Below are positions 13,201 to 22,578 of a stretch of 64,000 nucleotides of DNA, piece after piece. The notes below the pieces were generated by a model that was not told where the DNA came from, did no database searches, and worked only from the letters and a program-made list of their open reading frames with translations. Source of the DNA: Veleropilina oligotropha (taxonomy: Eukaryota); contig JBEUKZ010000054.1 in NCBI GenBank assembly GCA_048128005.1, positions 682,001 through 746,000 of the forward strand. The letters run 5' to 3'. The translations under genes were made by a program, and so were the position numbers. How positions within the stretch are numbered: the stretch's first letter is position 1; the number at the start of each line of letters is the position of its first letter.

Positions 13201-14164
13201 ACCACCGATTACGGGCGAGATGCCGCATGATTGGCTGCGAAAGACCGCGGACTACTATGAAGAGATCGAAGTAGACTACAGGGCGAAAGACGACCCTGCC
13301 CTCCAAGCCCTGAAAAGACGTATCCGTCTCCAGCCCGACAAAGTCCAGTGCGACGAGATGCGACGGACCCTCCCCAGCTGCCTCGGATGGGACCGGTTCG
13401 TCAACACCTGGAAGCCAGGCGACCTAATCCTCACAAGCCGTCAGAAGGTCCGCGAACGGGCTCAAGAGCTGTTGCTCCAGAGGCACAAGGAGCACTTCCC
13501 AGACTCCATGGTGCCTATCCTGTACCACCCCAGGGACAGCAGAAAACAGAACATCATGGTAACCATTCCGGGCACCAGCGACAGAGAGGAGCTAGTTCTG
13601 AACGACGTCGTCGAGGTCACCATTGAGGCCGCTGAGCGGGCTATCCTGACCCCGGATTGGCGCCTGGGCTATGCTCTCACCATCCATTCGAGCCAGGGTC
13701 TTACGATTCACGACCCACAGAAAGTCTGGATCATCGACGACTACCTTCAGTGGAGTAATCTCGCCTACCTAGCCGTGTCCCGGGTGGAGCTGCTGCGTCA
13801 GCTCGAACGGGTAACCTGTCCACCGGATGAGGGTTCTGAGGACAGGCCCCCCCAAGCGCCCCAAACCGAGCAACAGCTCCGAAAGACCATCCAGAAAAAG
13901 CTTGTGGCGTACAAACGCCAGGACCAGGCAATGGGACTCCCGGGGTTTAACCTCAAGGTCGACGACATCCTGCGGCTCAGAGAGGCCCAAAACAACCGCT
14001 GCGCAGCATGCAACATAGAGCTGCTCTGGGCATATTCCCCGAAGGACACACAGCAGTTCAGTGTCGACCGTGTGGACAACAGCCGGGGCCACACCCGCGA
14101 CAACGTGCGCTTAACGTGTCTGGAATGTAACCGGAAACGAGGATTTGCGGTTGTTAACGCCTGA
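10283..14164 (+). CDS. Replicase fusion: degenerate family-B DNA polymerase + SF1 helicase + HNH/EndoVII-like nuclease (A)
   Basis: PolB motif A IDMKSCYP (D at 11942), motif-B-like SIIGKF, motif C VATDSIY (D at 12587); Walker A GGGGCGKT, Walker B IIWNE (D>N), GDQGQPPP, TIHSSQGLT, YLAVSR; C-terminal CxxC...SVDRVDN..GH...NV...CxxCN. Confidence 0.85.
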   Translation: MIWRSVYPPSNMDDLRNLAKDYGIPARSKLKKHDLVRAIARVRAAEFRSRLERAMKTGRFPSIRGDVENPHKRGRRARELRQIKDEVDAALQARKYESQAEKNPRIRLKPLRAITDRIVKRSRKETLAHAIARKGPDLLISKTPRTAQDYQKDLLGQFTTPEGQRFIDLDDQVPPPVRLPAKEPWVELLSDAKDEFEVDGAAAAFSTWRVEVDIKIAPALDARMTDARAAQLLTALPKGEYVLRIKFLREWSEGDWVVEDKFDPVKAARKKGQGVFEISQDTKPGAITGVDKVYYENAYPVTAVVYGVYPLREPNPANLVPMKNGDLNCVSQRVVEHFEGALRGHGLTPTRRQKILEWEERVHVTGATVDDISILEKILKRAIVLRDIAGEDVFNSGKYQASMWKSIELICHNGHAWSKDLHFPQSREVHLYEGDVWEAIRQATQNEPLAVWLLGGTDRQLNVNQFVLQDGRTYRTKDDHERLQEACTALGNESLADRAFGVNHAASIMAKETNGWKPTPAGLLDDIQKACVEHGHGGLWNSMNYDTGDVCCIDMKSCYPASFLGKGEAKPYFERFGHPLHSMTRVTINGPLPQDIGTGFAEVVEWEFAQDIHPVIVAWFGKHFAENGWAPTPLLAFLVDSGLLKSLKIREAIIAFKNQTDVWLPENRDQGCSIIGKFTQGAKADGKRLTRRLVTDQGELDFLVRDTRQSGTLVGAPQRCPLGHILTYYDGSQPQYAHLRASMLAYAHINLLSMLKRFSAAEAVRVATDSIYLKKASLEKLDDVTVYVAPRLCGCGEKSCISCLIAEPYLPPVAPAQWRDKGEQLYMPQEHAAYLPKPEYCCAANSSQPSTAPCYNDTLTHHRLSYLNGGGGCGKTTRAIKLFRARNPVVFTPTHRLAKEMRTRGVKAQTYHSFFRWSGQNDWTPDRMGQKFIPRVIIWNEVCTVPRHILEMFLDWLGRHEVQVICCGDQGQPPPITGEMPHDWLRKTADYYEEIEVDYRAKDDPALQALKRRIRLQPDKVQCDEMRRTLPSCLGWDRFVNTWKPGDLILTSRQKVRERAQELLLQRHKEHFPDSMVPILYHPRDSRKQNIMVTIPGTSDREELVLNDVVEVTIEAAERAILTPDWRLGYALTIHSSQGLTIHDPQKVWIIDDYLQWSNLAYLAVSRVELLRQLERVTCPPDEGSEDRPPQAPQTEQQLRKTIQKKLVAYKRQDQAMGLPGFNLKVDDILRLREAQNNRCAACNIELLWAYSPKDTQQFSVDRVDNSRGHTRDNVRLTCLECNRKRGFAVVNA

Positions 14165-15152
14165 GAACCGGCGGCAGCTGGGTATCACGAGGCACCACGA
14201 GAAGTTCCTCACGAACGAAGCCACGCGGTGGTCCATCCAGCAAGTAGTAGAGCACAGGCTCGTCAGGCTTAGTGACGGAGCGTCCAAGCCTGTAAACTTT
14301 TAGAGACCACACCGGGTCAGTAGCACGGCGATGACCCCCCTCCAGCTCACCATCGTAGTAAAGGTAGCGAACATCTACGTCAGAGGGGAGTTTCTGTTCC
14401 TTCCCCTGTCGGCCTGGAACAGTGGCGCCTGGCTTTTGGGCAACGCGAGGTGCCTTGATGGCGTCCTTGGGCTTTTTACCGGTCAGCCTGGTCACTTCCC
14501 CATTCAAGGCCGCAACTACAGCTGCTAACCGGGCGACCCACTCAGTTGACCTTTGACCCTCTTTCGCAGACTCTGCAAACCGCATCTCTGTTGCATACTG
14601 GTGCCCGAAGAGCCGCTCAGCGAGCGTCCGGTTGAAGCGCTCCACAATGCCCTGATCGCGATGGATATCCACACGGCCACGCCTAACCTCGACGTTATTC
14701 TTTGCCAGCAGCTGGGAAACCGCGCCCATAAACTCTCGCCCTGGATCGACTTGAAGCAGTTTCGGCCAGCCAAGAGGACTCCGCCTGTAGATTCGGGCTA
14801 GTGCTTCAGCAACCCCTTTGGCCTCTTTTGTGACCAGAGGCTCAGCCTCTTTAAAGCGACTGGCCACATCAACCACAGTCAAAGCGTACTTATAGGTCTT
14901 GTGTCTGACCTTGTCATGGGGGAGAAACAGGAGGTCGGCTTGGTGAACCTCGTTTGGCGTTACAACGTCGAATTTTGGTCTTGGAATCCGCCGTGGCGCA
15001 GGTAAATAGATCTGCCATATAGCCTGCCTCTTAAGCCATGTCCGGGCCTCCACTTCAGACGCCTTGGCAGCGTCAGCTAGTTTCTTTATCGCGGCAATGC
15101 CTTTCCAGTAGCCCTTAGGGCTGTAGTACATCCTCGCAAGCTTACTATCCAT
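14154..15152 (-). CDS. Retroviral-like (rve) DDE integrase (A)
   Basis: HQADL, LTVVDVASR, QVDPGREF, VERFNRTL; Polinton-type N-terminal YY..G motif and C-terminal W...Y.L...F..EEL region. Confidence 0.93.
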   Translation of the reverse strand: MDSKLARMYYSPKGYWKGIAAIKKLADAAKASEVEARTWLKRQAIWQIYLPAPRRIPRPKFDVVTPNEVHQADLLFLPHDKVRHKTYKYALTVVDVASRFKEAEPLVTKEAKGVAEALARIYRRSPLGWPKLLQVDPGREFMGAVSQLLAKNNVEVRRGRVDIHRDQGIVERFNRTLAERLFGHQYATEMRFAESAKEGQRSTEWVARLAAVVAALNGEVTRLTGKKPKDAIKAPRVAQKPGATVPGRQGKEQKLPSDVDVRYLYYDGELEGGHRRATDPVWSLKVYRLGRSVTKPDEPVLYYLLDGPPRGFVREELLVVPRDTQLPPVLRR

Positions 15153-15381
15153 CAGCAATGTATTCCAGTAAACTGATCAGTCTCCAACAGGCTTCAGCTT
15201 CCGGAGCCGGTCGCTGCGCAGTCGTCGCCCGTAGGTTGGTCGGGCCCGAGAGCACCAGGACCGCGAACCGCACCATAGTCTTTTCGTCGCGGCGCCAGCA
15301 GTCGAGTAACGTAGTACTATAGCCGACCGCAAGCATAGCGCAGTACAGCTCTTCTGGGAGCCCCATTATTATACCGGGCAC
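15145..15381 (-). CDS. Hypothetical protein (A)
   Basis: Conserved with 33398-33691 (WRR.EKTMVRFAV.VLSGPTNLRA...EACWRLI.LLEYIA). Start uncertain. Confidence 0.6.
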   Translation of the reverse strand: MPGIIMGLPEELYCAMLAVGYSTTLLDCWRRDEKTMVRFAVLVLSGPTNLRATTAQRPAPEAEACWRLISLLEYIADG

Positions 15382-15407
15382 ACGAAAAAAATGTCCACTG
15401 GAAATAA

Positions 15408-15836
15408 TTAGGCGAGCTTGTAGGCGACCAACCCGGTCGCAGCCATCCCCAGGATGATGAAGGTGATCTCACGTCCCTTCTGGCCATCGCTCGGTGTGTA
15501 GTAGTCAGACAGGGCGGGCTCAGGGCCACCCCCCAGGCCGGGGTCAAGGTTCTTGCCGGTGATCAATGCATACTCACGGATCGCGGCGTCAACATCCCGG
15601 AATGTGCCAATGGCATGACCCTGGCGGCGAAGTTCAACGTTCAGCCAGTCGAGACGCTCTGCCCTCTGTTGTGACCATTTAGTCTGAGCAGCGTTGAGCT
15701 GTTCTACAGCAATGTCATGGCGTTTACGCTCCGCATCGACACCGGAGCTGCGTAGCTTCGAGAAGAGGAAGTTGGAGCCGCTGAAGGCGAGGGCGTTGAC
15801 GAGAGCGCCCCCAACCAGCATCGCAATGGAAGCCAT
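15408..15836 (-). CDS. Predicted membrane protein with coiled coil (A)
   Basis: Hydrophobic N-terminus, helical middle, C-terminal ITFIILGMAATGLVAY; near-identical to 33732-34166. Confidence 0.8.
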   Translation of the reverse strand: MASIAMLVGGALVNALAFSGSNFLFSKLRSSGVDAERKRHDIAVEQLNAAQTKWSQQRAERLDWLNVELRRQGHAIGTFRDVDAAIREYALITGKNLDPGLGGGPEPALSDYYTPSDGQKGREITFIILGMAATGLVAYKLA

Positions 15837-15867
15837 TGAAATGCTGCGATTATCTAGCAAGGTCCCA

Positions 15868-16107
15868 CTACTTCAATATATCGGCCGGAATGATGCCTTG
15901 CTTGATCAGCATGTCTTTCGTCGCCATGGCGAGCGCTACGTCGAGGACGACCATCCCGACATCGTAGCCCGTGAAGTCCAGTTTGGGGCTCGCTCCCTTG
16001 AATACCATCTTTGTCAGGCGTGCGTAGCCTATGGCGAGGCCTGACACTATAGCGGCGTGGTATACAGCGTTGCCGAGCATCTTTCCATCAGTGATTGGGG
16101 TAGTCAT
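15868..16107 (-). CDS. 79-aa hydrophobic protein (A)
   Basis: Two hydrophobic helices; near-identical to 34188-34427. Confidence 0.8.
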   Translation of the reverse strand: MTTPITDGKMLGNAVYHAAIVSGLAIGYARLTKMVFKGASPKLDFTGYDVGMVVLDVALAMATKDMLIKQGIIPADILK

Positions 16108-16132
16108 AACTGTTGATTAGTACCGTTTGCGA

Positions 16133-16624
16133 CTATTGCATATGAAAAGGGTTCTGCTTCTTCAATTCGATAGTGGGGGCGGCCCGAGAGCACCGAGCGT
16201 CCGCGTCTGGTGGCTGTTGATGTGGTGTGGATGGACCAGGGTTGCTGCGTTCTGAGGACGTCTTCCAGACAACAAATACCAACGCAACCGTACCGGCAGC
16301 GACGGCTACCTGGGTCCAATTAAATAGGTCCGATTTCCGTGTATCTGGCGCACGCGGTCTTTCTGCAGCTGGAACCGCCTCCCCGGGCTGTTCTGATGGA
16401 ACGACAACACTTGTTGGGGCACTCAGGTCTTCTTTCATTTTTCGAACCGCGGCCAGTAGCTTCTCCTGCTTGGCTTTTCGAGCAGCAGCGCCGGCCCTCC
16501 CTGCAGCCACTTTTTTCGGGTCCTTTTTACTCACTGATGAGTCCGTCGAAGAAGTCACCCTCTCTATCGGCTGGCTCTCGATCGGCTGGCTCTCGATCAC
16601 TTGGTCCACTTCCAGCGTTGTCAT
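16133..16624 (-). CDS. Basic-motif protein with C-proximal TM helix (A)
   Basis: KDPKKVAAGRAGAAARK motif and FNWT...VALVFVVWK, conserved with 34440-34946. Confidence 0.75.
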   Translation of the reverse strand: MTTLEVDQVIESQPIESQPIERVTSSTDSSVSKKDPKKVAAGRAGAAARKAKQEKLLAAVRKMKEDLSAPTSVVVPSEQPGEAVPAAERPRAPDTRKSDLFNWTQVAVAAGTVALVFVVWKTSSERSNPGPSTPHQQPPDADARCSRAAPTIELKKQNPFHMQ

Positions 16625-17282
16625 CTTGATCTGGTATCTTAGGCGGGCAAACATGTCCAAATTGGCAGTGCTTAGCCGTGGTCAACGCTGCGGTCAGCGG
16701 TGCGAGGTACATGCCATATTTATAATACAGCTCACAGCTTCCAGTGGTCAGGGCATGTGAGATGAACGGGTCGGCCTCCAGGTCGGCGATCAGTCGTAGC
16801 TGGTTTGCTGGTGGAATGGGCAGGAACATCCCAGCTGCCCCCGCGTAGAGATGAATAGCTGAAGTCCCCAGAGTCTTCGTCACATCGGCACCGAGTTTCG
16901 CTTCATACCTCGCGTGGTGCTTTTCGACCTCGTCGTCAGTCATGTCGTCTATCCGGTCCACTGTGAGGTTACGCCCCATGTATCGGTGGGCCTGTCCTCC
17001 AACGGCTAAGGCTGCAAGCCTCTCACGATTTGCTGCGCAAACGGAACTTGCGACTCCACTGTTACTGACAGGTTCCTTGCCATCGGGAGTCAAGCGACAG
17101 CTGTTGATGGTCGTTTCTTGTTCGTCATCCATGAGTTGATCGATGAGGCTGTCCATCCTGAAGCATTTCCAGCATCGCCTCACCGGTCTAATATAACTGT
17201 AAATCCAATACCACAATGTAGCGAGTAGGAGCAAGATCAGGCTCTGGCTGAAAGCAAAAGCTAGATATACAGCGTCCGACAT
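16527..17282 (-). CDS. Hypothetical protein with N-terminal TM segment (A)
   Basis: MSDAVY...hydrophobic run; core conserved with 34840-35619. Confidence 0.75.
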   Translation of the reverse strand: MSDAVYLAFAFSQSLILLLLATLWYWIYSYIRPVRRCWKCFRMDSLIDQLMDDEQETTINSCRLTPDGKEPVSNSGVASSVCAANRERLAALAVGGQAHRYMGRNLTVDRIDDMTDDEVEKHHARYEAKLGADVTKTLGTSAIHLYAGAAGMFLPIPPANQLRLIADLEADPFISHALTTGSCELYYKYGMYLAPLTAALTTAKHCQFGHVCPPKIPDQDDNAGSGPSDREPADREPADREGDFFDGLISE

Positions 17283-17323
17283 GCGAGAGCTTGCTGGGCA
17301 GCTACTTAGCATCTGCTGGGTAG

Positions 17324-17956
17324 CTATAGCACACTATAAGCAACGGGCTGATCAGTTTTCAACAGAAGCTTAGCGTGTCGTGTCTCGGCCAACAGCCGGC
17401 GAACCTCGGTCCGTTCATCCTGCGACGGGATTACATCGTTCTCACGCAGACAGTCCTCGAAACTGTCGCGGTCCTTGCAATGGAACAGCGCGACCCAGCG
17501 GGTCTGCTCTCTGAGCTCCTTCAAGACCGAGTTGTACTTTTGCGTCACTACCCATACGCTCTGTTAAGCATGCCTGCCGCTGAAGGCCAACAAAGTCAGC
17601 ATGTCCCTCCTCTTTGCCATAGCCTTGCTCGCGGCGCAGTCGTCGATGATATATAAAGTTGATTCCCCCTGAAACAGTCGGTAGAACCCCCGCAGCCAGT
17701 CATGGAGTCGCTCACCCGGGGGGACTAAATACACCTCAGGGTCGGTCCAGATCCACGGACAAGACTGGTATGCTTTGTTGAACTTGATCGTGGGGCAGAG
17801 GACCACGATATGCCGGAAGACGCCTCGATACTCCCCTTCCAGCAGTTCAAGCATGAAAACCGTCTTCCCACAGCCCGTCTGGCCGCAGATGATTGCGGAG
17901 TGGGGGTCCTTGGTGTGCGGAAATCGTTTAGTACAGTGCTTCGACGAATCGGCCAT
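17324..17956 (-). pseudogene. A32/FtsK-like packaging ATPase with nonsense mutation (A)
   Basis: Walker A GQTGCGKT, Walker B YIIDD, SGRH, VTQ. TAA at 17564-17566 where B has GAA (Glu). Confidence 0.88.
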
Positions 17957-19229
17957 TCTCGATATTCAGCTGTGCGTCCATGATCACGAACTCGTAGACG
18001 TTCAGTGGACCGGCCGCTTCGGCTGTTTTAGTGATCTGAATAGTAATGCCTTCGCTGGCGTTCTCGACCCTCCGGCCTGACCCGTGCAACTGATCGTCGT
18101 CAGTTACCCGCATATCGATCCAGAGCGCAAATTTCTTAGTCAGAAATTCGCCCAGGGTGACGTCTGCCATCTCCAAGTCCTTTGCGACCATCGCGACCTC
18201 AGGATGCCGCTTGCTGCAGCCGGAGGCGAACATTTTCTTGGCTTCTTCCCAGATCTGGTATGTTCGCATGCCCTGGCTGTAGATTTGATTCGGGACACCC
18301 TCGATTGTGACCTCGACCTTTGTGATCTTCGGATTATAGAAGGCCTCAGTATCGCGAGAGAATGGCGCGGCGTCTCTCGCAGGGTCCTCGAACAACAGTA
18401 GTATTCCTTTCATCGACCTCGCCGGTACGTTCACATTCATATTCCACAACGAGTCGCTCTTGTCTAGGGTGAGCTTCCGATGCCGGAGAACATGGTCGTA
18501 CAGGATTACGAGTTGACCCTGGTATTGATTTCGAATCCGTCTGGCAAGCTCGGATTGGGTTACCATGTCATATTCGAGGGATATATTGTCGATGGAATAG
18601 CTGGAACCGGAGTCGTCCGTCTCCCGGATAGTCCGGGAGTAGTCGTTGAACGTTAGCTCATACTCGAGACGGTCTCCAAGGGCGCTTTGATAGAATGGCA
18701 TGTGACTTTCCAACAGCTCGAAATCCAGCGGGATGCGGAATCGGTTACCGTACGCGGCCGCGACCGCGACATCCTCCAACAGTCTAAAGGCGTCTGCCGC
18801 ACCAACACGATGCTTCGTAGTGTTGTGTCCATCGCTGGTATCAATCCCCTGGTACTGGGCGTTCTTGCGCTCCCCGGTGGTCTTCCAGAGATCGCAGTAG
18901 CAGTGGTACACGTCGGAGTCGTCAATCGACATGATCTCGTTTCCACTTATCTTTATCGTGGTCTTTCTGATCACGGCACGGCCGATATTTTGCACTACAG
19001 TCCTATTCGCATTTACCGAGGTCAGTGAGATGGTAAATGCGAGGTGGGCAGTCCCTGGAACGATCACGTCATTCGCCCCGAGATTAGGGAACCGAACCAG
19101 GAGCTGCTGGTTCGGGGCAATCGTTGATGGATTGTTTGTAATCGTGACCGACTGGCGGATGCCCTTGACTGCGAGGGGCTCACGCAGCCTGCGGTATGGA
19201 TTAAGCTTGCGTCCGTATACGCTAGTCAT
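17928..19229 (-). CDS. Putative major capsid protein, double jelly-roll (A)
   Basis: 433 aa, beta-rich, next to the ATPase; PLV/Polinton MCP-like segments (IKISGNEI..ID, FRIPL, LEYELTF, NISLEYD). Fold inferred. Confidence 0.75.
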   Translation of the reverse strand: MTSVYGRKLNPYRRLREPLAVKGIRQSVTITNNPSTIAPNQQLLVRFPNLGANDVIVPGTAHLAFTISLTSVNANRTVVQNIGRAVIRKTTIKISGNEIMSIDDSDVYHCYCDLWKTTGERKNAQYQGIDTSDGHNTTKHRVGAADAFRLLEDVAVAAAYGNRFRIPLDFELLESHMPFYQSALGDRLEYELTFNDYSRTIRETDDSGSSYSIDNISLEYDMVTQSELARRIRNQYQGQLVILYDHVLRHRKLTLDKSDSLWNMNVNVPARSMKGILLLFEDPARDAAPFSRDTEAFYNPKITKVEVTIEGVPNQIYSQGMRTYQIWEEAKKMFASGCSKRHPEVAMVAKDLEMADVTLGEFLTKKFALWIDMRVTDDDQLHGSGRRVENASEGITIQITKTAEAAGPLNVYEFVIMDAQLNIENGRFVEALY

Positions 19230-19265
19230 GGCTGAATTAGATGCGTATCCCACTGATGTATTCAA

Positions 19266-20580
19266 ATGGCGGAATTCGAGAACCCCGCATTCGAGCCCGA
19301 CGATCTCATCGACAACGATGATACCATCATCGACGATACTGATGTGGATCTATCCACCGACCGGTTTATGCCTGTTCTTTCGGAACGGCCACAGGAAGGA
19401 ACCAGCAGTCTGCGGCAAGAGCTCGTTCAGGGCGTGGTTGACGACTACTACAAAGCCCTGGCACAGGAGGGGCAGACCCCAGCCGCAGGGCGACATTATT
19501 CAAAATTCAAGTACGTGGCGGGGAAAATTAGGGCGGGGGGGAAAATTGATGATGACGGACCACCCCGACATCAATCTCATCAATTCTCGCACCGGCAACC
19601 CCTTGTCGTTGTCAACAATAGCTGGCCGGCCTGGTGGGGGTGATGCCATCCGAGATCTGGGTTTTGTAAACTGGAAGCGGGGAGGGGGGGGACAAAAGCC
19701 GTCCTCAAAAGCGGTTGCAGCTCTTCAGACAGCCGACAACGAGTTGAGCGGTGCGGCCGCTAATGTCGAAAACGTAGAACTGCGGGACTTGGGGCAGACT
19801 GCTACTGATGCCTCGGTAGCAATCCACACGATGGAGACGAAATTCACTGATACCGAGGTTGAAGAGATCTTAGGCACAATGGGGGACCCTCCATTAAATC
19901 TTCGCGAGCTTCGCGGACTTGACAAGGCGATGCAGACCATCCGAGGCGAACTAACCAACAATCTAGCCAAACTAACGGCGCTGGACGAACACATAGAGCT
20001 GGAGAAGATGAAGCTCGATCAGGCAGATGAAGAGGGCGGTGTGGATGAGTTCATCCGTCGACGGATCGCGGAACGTCTGCGCGACCTGAATGATGAAAGA
20101 GCAGCTCGCCTAGAGGCAGCATCATCAAGCCTGGAGGCCCTTCGCTCTCAAATCAGCCGGATCCGAGAGATGATAAGTCGGATCCTGAACACCGACACAA
20201 CGCTGGCCGAGCGTATCCGGACCCTGTTCCGCGAGCAAGGGGTTACGATCGCAACAATACTGACCGCTATCGGGCTCGCCATCTCGACTTTGGTACTAGC
20301 CCTGACAGGCGGAGCGCCGAGCATACCACAACCACCACCTCCCAGTGGTCAGGGCGGGGTCAAGGAGTGGGTAAAAAAGCAGCTGAAGACCCTGGGAAGG
20401 ATTCTAGGCAAACTAGCAGGGAAGGCCGCAGCCGCGCTCCCAGGAATACTTGGAAGCCTGGTCTCCTGGCTAATCAACCTGATTGGCAAGACAGCATCGT
20501 GGCTCGCTGAAAACCTATGGGCACTGGTCATATCAGTTGGGGGCTTGCTTCTTATTGCCGCTAGACAGTGGGTCACGTAA
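19266..20580 (+). pseudogene. Coiled-coil protein with C-terminal hydrophobic/amphipathic helices, frameshifted (A)
   Basis: N-terminal part (19266 frame) and C-terminal part (18931 frame) each match the intact 37644-38954. The shift is at a local duplication gcggggaaaatt/gcgggggggaaaatt near 19518-19547. Confidence 0.8.
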
Positions 20581-21830
20581 GCCAAATGAACGCTAGGCCA
20601 ACGACAATGCCGCCCACGATCAGTGCGGTTTTATCCTCGTCATGTTTGGTTGCCCCAGCTGAAACAGCTGCCACAGCCGGCAGAGAGCCACGATGCTTCG
20701 GAGTGACCGCATCTGCGGGTAAGACGGCGTCTTGTGGGATGACCAATCCTGTTTCTCCAGTCTCCCCAGTGGCGTTGTGCGGCACAGGATTGGCCGCGTT
20801 CACCGTAGTATTAAGACCTAGGGTCTGGGCTTCCGTGGCAACGACGATCTCATTGTTATAACCAGCCACCTGCCCGATCCGAAGGAGCATGTCACTTGGC
20901 GCCATGTAAAGGCCGACGCCGAATACGAAGTCTACTTTAGACCTGGCATACTGCAAAACGTCCTGGTACCGTTGGATCGCAGCAGGGAGGTCAACGGGGG
21001 ATGCGATGGCGTCTTCCACGTTCGCCAGGAACTGTTTCTGTGCGTCAAATGCCGTCCCACTACCCAGAATACTTGCACGCGTTTGAGCCTGCGCTCCAAG
21101 AATAGCCCAGACGTAGGTCCTGATGGAATCATTGAGCCTTTCCACGCCGGCCCTCGTGAATCCCACCGACCTGTCCAGAATAAAAGTAGCCCAACCGTTT
21201 TTAAGCGCAGGCGCTTGCGCGATGTAGTCCACGTGCAGATTCGTGTTGGTCGTACCTTTGGTGAAGGACATTCGGCTTGGATCATACTCACGTCCGATGG
21301 GGTGGTAGCCGTTGTTCGTCCAGTAGCTGTAAGCGGTGCCTAGTCCGCCGTTGGGACCCTTGACACGCCAGTCGGTATGTGGGGACACTCCGAATTCGCT
21401 GCAGATCTTTTCATATGCCCTTCGGTCATACGGGGTGTCGAATGCATCCCACGTCCGGTCTTGTGGCAGCGGCGCCTGAATCTCGGTCAAGATCCTTCTG
21501 ACCTGATAGTAGACGTGGAAGGTGAATACAGCAGTGGAGAGGAGGGCTGCAGTAGCATTCAAGTGGTCTTCTGAGGAGATCCCGGAACCTGTTGTGGCAC
21601 ACCATACTGCGAAGTTGACCTTGTTCAGCCCTTATCAGCCCGTCACTAGCGACGTGAGGGAGGCGATACTTTTGAAATACGTCGGGGTAGTCTGCCCCGA
21701 ATGCAGTGGTTGAGCTATTACCCACATTGATGCTTGGTCTCGTAAGCTGCTCATCTTTGATCTTTGCTGGGTACACCACACCGGTCGGATAGGCCGCACT
21801 CCTATTGAACACAAATGCGCTCTTAGCCAT
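20573..21830 (-). pseudogene. C-terminally anchored membrane protein, frameshifted (A)
   Basis: MAKSAFVFNRS... through to ...TALIVGGIVVGLAFIWLT*. A deletion near 21625-21635 removes the WHSTPMRFWQ segment present in B. Confidence 0.78.
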
Positions 21831-21837
21831 AGCTACT

Positions 21838-22578
21838 ATGTTCCACACATTAACAAACGTTCAAGAGGGGACCGCGGTTGCCCTCCTGGAGCCGATTGAT
21901 AACCGGGACGGCAAGCTATGTGTCAGCTTGCAGTCGCTCGACTATTGGGTAGGCTGGCACAACGTGCATGCCGGAGCCTTCTTTAAGACCCCGGATACCA
22001 CGGTCGACGTGGCACCAGGTTTCTACAGCTTCGATGACCTCGCCAAGACGATGAAGAGGTCGCTAGTTAACCTACAACTAGATGTAAGCCATGCTACAGG
22101 GCTCGCCCGAATCGTGGTCCCAGAGGGGACTCGACTCGCGATAAGCGACGATATACGAAAACTCCTCGGCTTAGACCTCTCTTCGTTTATTCTCGATAAA
22201 GCAGGGAATCTGAACCAACCGGTTCGGGGAGTACAGGGCCAACCACCTCCCCCTCCGGAGAGATCCGAGTGGCTACGCCCTGGGACTTATGACGGGAATA
22301 AGCCTGTCGGGTTTGCCATAGCGCCAACCCTGCACGTCCACCTGGAGCAGCTTAGTACAACGCACAATGTGAAGGACGGCGCCCCGAGCACTATTCTCGC
22401 GGTGGTCCCTATCACGTCGCAGATGTTCGGTGAAGCTGGCCACTATCATAGCTATCCCGCCGGCCGGCGACTACAGGCCGGGCTAATCACAGAGTTGAAG
22501 GTGTACGTCACAGACGCAGACAGTAACCCGATCGACAATCACGGCATGCCCATTACCGCAGTCCTTGCGATACAATGA
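21838..22578 (+). CDS. Putative minor capsid protein (penton, single jelly-roll) (A)
   Basis: PGFYSFDDL, LHVHLEQL, ILAVVPI and C-terminal ITELKVYVTD..SNPIDNHG resemble Polinton/PLV mCP. Confidence 0.7.
   Translation: MFHTLTNVQEGTAVALLEPIDNRDGKLCVSLQSLDYWVGWHNVHAGAFFKTPDTTVDVAPGFYSFDDLAKTMKRSLVNLQLDVSHATGLARIVVPEGTRLAISDDIRKLLGLDLSSFILDKAGNLNQPVRGVQGQPPPPPERSEWLRPGTYDGNKPVGFAIAPTLHVHLEQLSTTHNVKDGAPSTILAVVPITSQMFGEAGHYHSYPAGRRLQAGLITELKVYVTDADSNPIDNHGMPITAVLAIQ

Noticed and set aside
10334..14103. Numerous antisense and alternate-frame ORFs within the replicase (and likewise in 28493-32423)
   Set aside because: Expected shadow ORFs in GC-rich coding DNA; no motifs, and not conserved between copies outside the shared DNA.
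10283..14164. Helitron RepHel interpretation of the helicase ORF
   Set aside because: No HUH Rep motifs seen; the element has TIRs, a TSD, a DDE integrase and capsid-module genes.
18931..19265. N-terminal extension of the 549-aa ORF
   Set aside because: It is antisense to MCP; comparison with element B places the real start at 19266 with a downstream frameshift.
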